From Dendrobates tinctorius (lineage: Eukaryota), in assembly GCF_039654945.1 (NCBI RefSeq), contig NW_027361739.1:10168001-10232000 (forward strand): 64,000 nt of DNA, read 5' to 3'. The notes under the pieces were generated by a model that saw nothing but the letters and a program-made list of their open reading frames with translations, searched no databases and was not told the origin of the DNA. The position numbers and the translations under genes are program-made. Below are positions 38,706 through 48,940 of the stretch, piece after piece. How positions within the stretch are numbered: position 1 is the first letter of the stretch; each line of letters starts with the position of its first letter.

Positions 38706-40342
38706 CATTTAGGTCCATATATATTTGGACAGAGACAACATTTTTCTAATTTTGGTTCTAGACATTACCACAATGAATTTTAAACAAAACAATTCAGATG
38801 CAGTTGAAATTCAGACTTTCAGCTTTCATTTGAGGGTATCCACATTAAACTTGGATGAAGGGTTTAGGAGTTTCAGCTCCTTAACATGTGCCACCCTTTT
38901 TCAAAAGTAATTGGACAGATTAAATAATTGTAAATAAAATGCTCATTTCTAGTACTTGGTTGAAAACCCTTTGCTAGCAATGACTGCCTGAAGTCTTGAA
39001 CTCATGGACATCACCAGACGCTGTGTTTCCTCCTTTTTGATGCTCTGCCAGGCCTTCACTGCGGTGGTTTTCAGTTGCTGTTTGTTTGTGGGCCTTTCTG
39101 TCTGAAGTTTAGTCTTTAACAAGTGAAATGCATGCTCAATTGGGTTGAGATCAGGTGACTGACTTGGCCATTCAAGAATATTCCACTTCTTTGCTTTAAT
39201 AAACTCCTGGGTTGATTTGGTTTTATGTTTTGGGTCATTGTCCATCTGTAGTATGAAACGACGACCAATCAGTTTGGCTGCATTTGGCTGGATCTGAGCA
39301 CACAGTATGGCTCTGAATACCTCAGAATTCATTCGGCTGCTTCTGTCCTGTGTCACATCATCAATAAACACTAGTGACCCAGTGCCACTGGCAGCCATGC
39401 ATGCCCAAGCCATCACACTGCCTCCGCCGTGTTTTACAGATGATGTGGTATGCTTTGGATCATGAGCTATACCACGCCTTCGCCATACTTTTCTATTTCC
39501 ATCATTCTGATCGAGGTTGATATTGGTTTCATCTGTCCAAAGAATGTTCTTCCAGAACTGTGCTGGCTTTTTTAGATGTTTTTTAGCAAAGTCAAGTCTA
39601 GCCTTTTTATTCTTGATGCTTATGAGTGGCTTGCACCGTGCAGTGAACCCTCTGTATTTACTTTCATGCAGTCTTCTCTTTATGGTAGATTTGGATATTG
39701 ATACGCCTACCTCCTGGAGAGTGTTGTTCACTTGGTTGGCTGTTCTAAAGGGGTTTCTCTTCACCATGGAGATTATTCTGCGATCATCCACCACTGTTGT
39801 CTTCCGTGGGCGCCCAGGTCTTTTTGCATTGATGAGTTCACCAGTGCTTTCTTTCTTTTTCAGGATGTACCATACTGTAGATTTTGCCACTCCTAATGTT
39901 GTAGCAATTTCTCGGATGGGTTTTTTCTGTTTTTGCAGCTTACGGATGGCTTGTTTCACCTGCATGGAGAGCTCCTTTGACCGCTTGTTTCCTTCACAGC
40001 AAAACCTTCCAAATGCAAGCACCACACCTCAAATCAACTCCAGGCCTTTTATCTGCTTAATTGAGAATGACATAATGAAGGGATTGCCCACACCTATCCA
40101 TGAAATAGCCTTGGAGTCAACTGTCCAATTACTTTTGGTCCCTTTAAAAACAGCGTGGCACATGTTAAGGAGCTGAAACTCCTAAACCCTTCATCCAATT
40201 TTTATGTGGATACCCTCAAATGAAAGCTGAAAGTCTGAACTTCAACTGCATCTGAATTGTTTTGTTTAAAATTCATTGTGGTAATGTCTAGAACCAAAAT
40301 TAGAAAAAGTTGTCTCTGTCCAAATACATATGGACCTAACTG
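38706..40342 (-). mobile_element. Tc1-like transposon with ~210-bp TIRs
   Basis: TA TSDs and long inverted repeats (38706-~38915 / ~40125-40342). Confidence 0.95.
38949..39965 (-). CDS. Tc1 DD34E transposase, open frame; native ATG apparently mutated
   Basis: GRPRKT, WTDET, MDNDPKH and SPDLNPIE, with exactly 34 residues between the second D and E. The ORF-track start is GTG; the first ATG is MQVKQ. Confidence 0.88.
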   Translation of the reverse strand: MQVKQAIRKLQKQKKPIREIATTLGVAKSTVWYILKKKESTGELINAKRPGRPRKTTVVDDRRIISMVKRNPFRTANQVNNTLQEVGVSISKSTIKRRLHESKYRGFTARCKPLISIKNKKARLDFAKKHLKKPAQFWKNILWTDETNINLDQNDGNRKVWRRRGIAHDPKHTTSSVKHGGGSVMAWACMAASGTGSLVFIDDVTQDRSSRMNSEVFRAILCAQIQPNAAKLIGRRFILQMDNDPKHKTKSTQEFIKAKKWNILEWPSQSPDLNPIEHAFHLLKTKLQTERPTNKQQLKTTAVKAWQSIKKEETQRLVMSMSSRLQAVIASKGFSTKY

Positions 40343-40664
40343 TATAAGGCAGTTCTCAGGATTTCTGTGCTTCCAGCCACAGACTGCTGACATGGCTGAT
40401 GGACCGGGTCCTGCTAAACAAGTCCCATCACCTCTATACTGTGCGCATGAAAGTGCGATGGTCGCCCGAAATGAAGAGGCTATTAAATATTCGCCAATTG
40501 GTTTGCATGTAGCTGATCCATGGTCAGACACTATTAGCCGTAGGAAATGTACTCTGCTTCCCTCTGCCTTTAAGAATATATGCAACTGAGTGCAATTTCA
40601 ATAATCATTTCTATAACTAACAATTACTGGTTGATTGGCCTCCAGTAATACATGTTATGCTATG

Positions 40665-43600
40665 TGTTATGACGGAGTCACCGTAGGAGGCAAAAACAGA
40701 AATGCTGGCTAAGTCCAGAAAACCAGAGAAGTTGGCAGCTATCGGATTGCAGACCCCTGAACCTATCAACAGCAACTAGCAGTAGCCGTGGGGGGTTCCT
40801 ACGGTGCCCTAGACCCCTCGATCATAGCCGGAGAACTACATAGCCTAAAGACAGAAAGGGAAATCTAAACTGCCCCAGAGCAGACCCCAAAACAATAGGC
40901 AGCCCCCAACATATAATGACGGTGAAGCAAGAAGAAAAAACACTAACACAGATAGAAAGATAGACTGAGCAAATGATGGGGCCCAAGCTAACTAGATAGG
41001 ACAGGATAGAAAAGCTGCTGTCTGCAATCCGCCAAAAACCCTATCAAAACAAGAGCCAACAGACTGACAGAGAAAAAGGCCCTGAAGATGCTAGGCTTCA
41101 AAAAGACTATGTCAGTACTCAGGTATTTTCTGAAGACAGAGCAAAAAGACACAAAGGAATTCAACTCACCCCAGCAGGGAATGGCAGAATCCAGAAAAGC
41201 AAGGCAAAATAAAACCAAAACACAAATGCAAAAAGCAAAGCAGAAAACTTAGCTTTTAAGGAGCAGGAATCAGATTGGGTCTCCTAGAATCCCTCAGAGA
41301 AATCACCAGCGAGGCAGAAGGGCATCGGCTGCCTTATATCCAGTCAGCAATTCCCGTCACCCAGTCATCCTCTACCAGCTCAGGTGTTTGGTAATCAGCC
41401 TCACTAACTTCCTTCACCAGAAGAGGGAGTTCATCAGACCTCAATGGTGAAGGGGAAAAATGAACTCATAACAGTACCTCCCCCTTGAGGACGGGTCATC
41501 GAACCCTCATCCACGCCACCAGAGCGATCAGGGTGAGCCCGATGAAAGGCACGCACCAATCTTTTGGCATGAATATCAGAGGCAGAGACCCAGGAATTAT
41601 CCTCCTGACCATAACCCTTCCACTTAACAAAATACTGGAGTCTCCGTCTAGCCAGACGGGAATCCAGGATCTTCTCTACCTCATATTCCATGTTACCTTC
41701 AACCAATACAGGGTCCGGAGGTGCCACCCCAGGAACTACTGGTCCAACAAACCTCTTCAACAAGGACTTATGAAACACATTATGGATTTTAAATGTGACA
41801 GGAAGAGCCAACCGAAAAGAGACCGGATTAATGATCTCCAAAATCTTGTAAGGTCCAATAAATCTAGGCTTAAACTTAGGAGAAGCTACCTTCATAGCGA
41901 TATTTTTTGATGATAACCAAACCATATCATCCACCTTAAACCGGGGACCAATGGTCCTATGTCGGTTGGAAAACCGCTGGGCCTTTTCCTGGGAGAGAGA
42001 TAACTTATCCACCACTTGGTCCCAGATCTGGTGCATTCTCTCCACCACAGTGTCAACACCTGGGCAGGCAGAAGGCTCCACCTGCCCTGAAGAAAATCGA
42101 GGATGAAACCCAAAGTTACAAAAAAAAGGTGACATCAAAGTGGCAGAACTAGCTCTATTATTTAAAGCAAATTCGGCCAAGGGCAAAAATGAAACCCAAT
42201 CATCCTGATCAGCGGAAATAAAACATCTCAAATACGACTCCAAGGTCTGGTTTGTTCTCTCCGTCTGCCCATTGGTCTGAGGGTGAAACGCAGTGGAGAA
42301 GGACAACTGAATTCCCAGCTTGGAACAGAAAGTCCTCCAAAATCTAGACACAAACTGAACTCTTCTGTCAGATACAATGTTCTCAGGAATCCCGTGCAAG
42401 CGAACCACCTGTTGCAAAAACAGGGGCACCAACTCAGAAGAAGATGGCAACTTAGGGAGTGGTACAAGATGAACCACCTTAGAGAACCTATTACAAATCA
42501 CCCAAATAACAGTCATTCTCTGAGAGACAGGCATATCAGAGATGAAATCCATTGAAATATGGGTCCATGGCCTCCTGGGGACCGGCAAAGGCATCAACAA
42601 CCCATTAGAGCGAAAACAAGGTTTAGACCGGGAGTCCCACAGGACTGCACAAAATTCCTGACATCACGAGACAAGGCGGGCCACCAAAAAGACCGACTCA
42701 CCAGATCTCTAGTACCAAAAATACCTGGATGACCAGCCAATGCAGAGCAATGAACTTCAGACATAACTCTCTTCTTCCACTGGTCAGGAACATACAACTT
42801 TCCACTGGGACAACGCTCAGGTTTGTCCTCCTGGAACTCTTCCAGAGCATGTCTCAAATCGGGCGAGATGGCAGAAAGAACTACCCCTTCGCCTAAGATG
42901 GTAGCAGGCTTGGTCACCACAGGAGAATCAGCCAAGAAGCTCCTAGAAAGAGCGTCAGCCTTGACATTCTTAGTGCCAGGAAGAAAAGAGAGCACAAAAT
43001 CAAAACGTGTAAAAAAACAAGGCCCATCTAGCCTGTCTAGGGTTCAAGCGTTTGGCCGACTCCAGGTAAATCAAATTCTTGTGGTCAGTGAGGACCACGA
43101 CTTGATGTTTAGCTCCCTCCAACCAATGTCTCCACTCCTCAAATGCCCATTTCATGGCTAACAGTTCCCGATTCCCCACATCATAGTTACGTTCAGATGG
43201 GGAGAACTTTCGGGAAAAGAAAGCACAGGGATTCATTTTAGATGTTACAGGATCCTTTTGGGACAAAACAGCTCCTACACCAATCTCAGAAGCGTCCACC
43301 TCTACCTGGAACGGGAGTGAGACATCAGGTTGCCGCAAAACCGGGGCAGAAATGAATCTTCGCTTCAGCTCCTGAAAGGAAGAAACAGCCTCCGGAGACC
43401 AATTCAACACATCAGCACCCTTCTTAGTCAGATCAGTCAATGGCTTGGCAATACTAGAAAATTTTGCTATAAATTTCCGATAAAAATTAGTAATCAATAC
43501 AAGGCCTTAATGAACCATCCTTTTTTGCCACGAAAAAAAAAACCAGCACCTAATGGTGAAGAGGATGGTCTAATATGACCCTTCTCCAACGCCTCCTTAA

Positions 43601-45902
43601 TATAGGATCGCATAGCCTCATGCTCGGGTACAGATAAATTGAAGAGCCGACCCTTGGGAAATTTACACCCCGGGCTCAGTTCAATTGCACAGTCATAACT
43701 CCTATGAGGAGGCAAAGACGCAGACTCATTCTCACTAAATACATCATGAAAGTCCGCCAAATAGTCAGGAACATCATGTGACTGAGGAGAGGTGGAAAAA
43801 AACAGAGCCTCACTAAGGGCACACCGACAACCCCAACTCACCACAGTCACAGATTTCCAATCCAAAACTGAATTATGAATTTGCAACTAGGGAAACCCCA
43901 GAACAATGGTATCATGCAAATTATGCAACACCAAAAATCTGCAATTTTCTTGATGGTCTGGGGCGACCCGCATTACTACCTGGGTCCAAAACTGAGGTTT
44001 ATTTTTCGCCAAAGGAGTAGCATCAATCCCCCTCAAAGGGATAGGCGTCCGCAGAGGTGTCATAGGAAATCCACAACGTTTAGCAAAATCCAAGTCCATT
44101 AGGTTCAGGAATCCACAAAAGCCTTGGCGGAAAATGTGGACAGGGAGCAGATCAGAGTAATTGCCAGAAGAAACTTAGGTTGAACACCACCCACAGAAAA
44201 CGTGTGTACAAAACGTTTCTCTCATTTAGGACAGAAATAATATGCGAGGCATCTCCACACAAAAAAACACAGCTTATTATGCCTTCTGAACTCCTGACGT
44301 TGCTCCCTGGACAAAACTCTGTCACATTGCATAGGTTCAGACACTTGTTCAACAGGTGGAAACACCTCTCGTGCAGTCCTGCGTTCACGTAAACGCCGAT
44401 CAACCTGAATGGCTAATGACATAGAATCGTCAAGACCAGAGGGAACAGGAAATCCCACCATAGTATCTTTTACGGCTTCTGACAAACCCTTCCGAAAGAA
44501 AGCTGCCAAGGCATTATCATTCCAGGTAAGGACCGCCCACTTTTGGAATTTTTGACAGTACAATTCTGCAGAATCTCGACCCTGGCTCAGTGCCAACAGG
44601 GTCTTTTCAGCCTGATCAATAGCATTAGGTTCATCATACAACAACCCCAAGGCTTGAAAAAATGCGTTCACATTAGTCAGAATAGGATCATCTGGTTTCA
44701 AAGAAAACGCCCAATCCTGGGGATCGCCACGCAGCAAAGAGATGACAATTTTAACCTGCTGCGCGGAGCTCCCTGACGAGTTAGGCTTCAAGGCAAAAAA
44801 TAATTTACAATTATTTTTGAAATTCAAAAATTTAGACCGATCCCCAAAAAACACATCAGGAGTAGGGATCTTTTGGTTCAACAGCATTTGAATGAGCAAG
44901 GTAGGCGGAAATTCCCCGCACTTCCGCAGCGAGCTGCTCCACACGATCAGACAATTGCTTTATCTCCATTGAGAGAAAAAAAATTCCCCCTACGGCCTCA
45001 GAGATATAGAGGAAAAAATATACACACCTTTTTTTTTTTTACAATTCTTTCCTGCTATTGAGTACCCTAGGATCTGCGGTATGGCTGGTGATTCTGTTAT
45101 GAATGAGTCACCGTAGGAGGCAAAAACAGAAATGCTAGCTAAGTCCAGAAAACCAGAGAAGTTGGCAGCTATCGGATTGCAGACCCCTGAACCTATCAAC
45201 AACAACTAGCAGTAGCCGTGGGGGGTTCCTACGGTGCCCTAGACCCCTGGATCACAGCTGGAGAACTACATAGCCTAAAGACAGAAAGGGAAATCTAAAC
45301 TGCCCCAGAGCAGACCCCAAAGCAATAGGCAGCCCCCAACATATAATGACAGTGAAGCAAGAAGAAAAAAACACTAACACAGATAGAAAGATAGACTGAG
45401 CAAATGATGGGGCCCAAGCTAACTAGATAGGACAGGATAGAAAAGCTGCTGTCTGCAATCCGCCAAAAACCCTATCAAAACAAGAGCCAACAGACTGACA
45501 GGGAAAAAGGCCCTGAAGACGCTAGGCTTCAAAAAGACTATGTCAGTACTCAGGTATTTTCTGAAGACAGAGCAAAAAGACACAAAGGAATTCAGCTCAC
45601 CCCAGCAGGGAATGGCAGAATCCAAAAAAGCAAGGCAAAATAAAACCAAAACACAAATGCAAAAAGCAAAGCAGAAAACTTAGCTTTTGAGGAGCAGGAA
45701 TCAGACTGGTCTCCTAGAATACCTCAGAGAAATCACCAGTGAGGCAGAAGGGCGTCGGCTGCCTTATATCCAGTCAGCAATTCCCGTCACCCAGTCATCC
45801 TCTACCAGCTCAGGTGTTTGGTAATCAGCCTCACTACCTTCCTTCTCCAGAAGAGGGAGTTCATCAGACCTCAATGGTGAAGGGGAAAATGAACTCATAA
45901 CA
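40665..45902 (-). mobile_element. Chromodomain Gypsy element lacking the RT core (LTRs 40665-41473 and 45095-45902)
   Basis: Paired LTRs, PPT and 6-bp TSD gctatg. At ~43490, CIDY is fused to NFYRKF, a ~0.5-kb deletion relative to the sister copy at 58-62 kb. Confidence 0.95.
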
Positions 45903-46458
45903 GCTATGGTTACATGGCGGTATGTGTCAGGTGACAATTACATTGTGTGTCTCATTGCAAGATAGAATATAACGATTTCTTAGGGTGTTACGTTGCGATT
46001 TTAACCTAACACGATTGCAGCATAGAGATACAAATGTAGAAATGTTTCCAAATGTGCTGGATTTTCTATTTTTCTTTATTACAGTAAAATAAAGGAGGCA
46101 ACACAGTTATATTGATAATATTGGGCGTTTTATTACTTCCTTACTTTCTATCATTATAAATTTGGGGTTCTTAGTGCATATTTTGATCAAATTGTGCAAG
46201 CCCATCTGCCAACGCAAGGCGACCTCATCAGATGGGGCCCTACACTAACAGACTAACCTATTTATTGTGTTTAAATTTTTCTTATTATCATTGCAATCCT
46301 TTCATTACTATTACATTATACATATTATTGCTATTATTACTGACAGGGATTACTATGGGATCCCTAGAATTAAAGCTGTTGATCCAGAAGAAGGCAAAGA
46401 CCCCTGGACACATTACGCCAATTTGTGTCAAAGGGAAAAATTCCTTCTTGACCCTGTG

Positions 46459-48380
46459 AAAAGGCGATCAGTCCTAGAACCCTGGATCCAACCTGCTGAT
46501 GCCTAATACTATACTATGCTATTATTATGAATATAGAAGAAAAAAAAGGTGTTCAGCTCACCATTAGATGAATTCCTGTGGCTTTGGGTGTGGACTCCAG
46601 GATGGTGCTCGGAAAAAGCGGCTGTGGTAATCAAACAAAAAAGTTCCAGCAACAAACATCTAAATCAGATTGTTGAATAGATGTTAAAACTTCATCTTTA
46701 TTGCAATGCCTTTAAAAAATTAATTTTTAAAGGCATTGCAATAAAGATGAAGTTTTAACATCTATTCAACAATCTGATTTGGATGTTTGTTGCTGGAACT
46801 TTTTTGTTTGATATGCTATTATTATGGTATTTCTGATAATACTATAGCATTAAAATTTATATTGCTATTTTATTACCACCACTATTTATTAAACATATTT
46901 ATTTATATTTTTTTAACTTAATATTGCTCATATTATAACTATTGTTACTAATATTTCTATAATCTCTCTATTTAATATTAATTAGATTTCTATTCCTAAT
47001 GCTATTGATCCAGAAGAAGGCAAAAAAAAATCTAGACACTTTCTGCCAATTCATGTCACAGGGGAAAAATTCCTTCTTGACCCTGAGAAAAAGGCGATCA
47101 GTCCTAGAACCCCTGATCAAATCCCCTAATACCTATTAAAAGTTACTATTATTAATATCTTATTTCTAAAATTATGATTTAATGTTATTATTTCTTTACT
47201 AGTGAAAATATTACTGTTTTATGATCACTAATATAACACTTTATACTATATTATATTACTATCCCAGTAGTGATAATTCTACTATAATCTTACTAATACC
47301 TAGGTTCTTTATTCCTAAAGGTGTTGATCCAGAAGAAGGCAATAACCCCTAGAAACATTCAGCCAATTGGTGTCTCAAGGGGAAAATTCCTTCTTGACCC
47401 CAGGAAAAGGCGATCAGTCCTAGAACCCTGGATCCAACCTGCTGATGCCTAATACTATACTATGCTATTATTATGAATATAGAAGAAAAAAAAGGTGTTC
47501 AGCTCACCATTAGATGAATTCCTGTGGCTTTGGGTGTGGACTCCAGGATGGTGCTCGGAAAAAGCGGCTGTGGTAATCAAACAAAAAAGTTCCAGCAACA
47601 AACATCTAAATCAGATTGTTGAATAGATGTTAAAACTTCATCTTTATTGCAATGCCTTTAAAAAATTAATTTTTAAAGGCATTGCAATAAAGATGAAGTT
47701 TTAACATCTATTCAACAATCTGATTTGGATGTTTGTTGCTGGAACTTTTTTGTTTGATATGCTATTATTATGGTATTTCTGATAATACTATAGCATTAAA
47801 ATTTATATTGCTATTTTATTACCACCACTATTTATTAAACATATTTATTTATATTTTTTTAACTTAATATTGCTCATATTATAACTATTGTTACTAATAT
47901 TTCTATAATCTCTCTATTTAATATTAATTAGATTTCTATTCCTAATGCTATTGATCCAGAAGAAGGCAAAAAAAAATCTAGACACTTTCTGCCAATTCAT
48001 GTCACAGGGGAAAAATTCCTTCTTGACCCTGAGAAAAAGGCGATCAGTCCTAGAACCCCTGATCAAATCCCCTAATACCTATTAAAAGTTACTATTATTA
48101 ATATCTTATTTCTAAAATTATGATTTAATGTTATTATTTCTTTACTAGTGAAATTATTACTGTTTTATGATCACTAATATAACACTTTATACTATATTAT
48201 ATTACTATCCCAGTAGTGATAATTCTACTATAATCTTACTAATACCTAGGTTCTTTATTCCTAAAGGTGTTGATCCAGAAGAAGGCAATAACCCCTAGAA
48301 ACATTCAGCCAATTGGTGTCTCAAGGGGAAAATTCCTTCTTGACCCCAGGAAAAGGCGATCAGTCCTAGAACCCTGGATC
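46459..48380. repeat. Near-identical 946-bp tandem duplication
   Basis: Landmarks recur at exactly +946 (46465/47411 and 47007/47953). Confidence 0.95.
46530..46811 (-). mobile_element. Short Penelope-like terminal insertion with a ~180-bp near-perfect palindrome (duplicate at 47476-47757)
   Basis: 15-bp TSD tatgctattattatg. Palindrome at 46630-46812. Minus-strand end ggtgagctgaacacc followed by a T-tract. Confidence 0.7.
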
Positions 48381-48616
48381 AAACTTGCTAATGTTATTTA
48401 TATGTTCCTATCTTTATTATACAATTAATATTAGTTACTGCTCTTATTAGACTATTACACACTATATTATTACTCCTAATATTATAAAAGTAATTTATAA
48501 TTTTTTACTACATTTTTAATATTTTTTAATCTAATAATTACTATTTTATCTATGCTTTTTATTAGTATTAGATTTGAAGCTGCCGATGTTACCCAACTCA
48601 GATGTCCATCAGCGTC

Positions 48617-48940
48617 TCATTGCTTTGAGGAGGATGGTCCAGATGATATTCCTCTTTCCTCTGAGGTTGGTGTGTTTATATAATGGAGGATGGACTGCTG
48701 GCGGATCTTCTGTCTTCATGCCGGCTGCTTCTGAACTCTTTTTGTTGAATTACTGTTCTTCTGCACATTTTCTATTTTCTCTTCTGATGCCTTCTAATCT
48801 TCTTCTTCTTCAGTGTCTCCTGCCTCATCTTCTTCAAGCTCTTTTACCCCCTGATATTTCATTGCTTCCCTGGGCATCTTCATCTCCTCTTTTTTTGGCT
48901 CCTCTGTCGTCATTGATTTTGGCTCCGGTTTTTCTTCATA
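48617..48940 (-). pseudogene. Decayed reading frame of an unknown charged/acidic protein
   Basis: After an acceptor-like tttccttag the frame reads YEEKPEPKS...ELEEDEAGDTEEEED*KASEEK...QPA*RQKIRQQSILHYINTPTS...KQ*, with two internal stops. Confidence 0.35.

Larger units (their letters stand above)
46381..48382 (-). ncRNA. Array of five ~110-nt structured RNA motifs (ENE-like U-rich internal loop) in AT-rich spacers
   Basis: Copies at 46381-46488, 47005-47120, 47326-47434, 47951-48066 and 48270-48382. Nested stems are conserved with compensatory changes. Confidence 0.65.

Noticed and set aside
46381-48382. CRISPR-like repeat/spacer array, or hammerhead/hairpin/HDV ribozyme array
   Set aside because: Repeats of ~110 nt with >200-nt AT-rich spacers, eukaryotic context and no cas genes. 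No CUGANGA/GAAA core or other known ribozyme core could be fitted.
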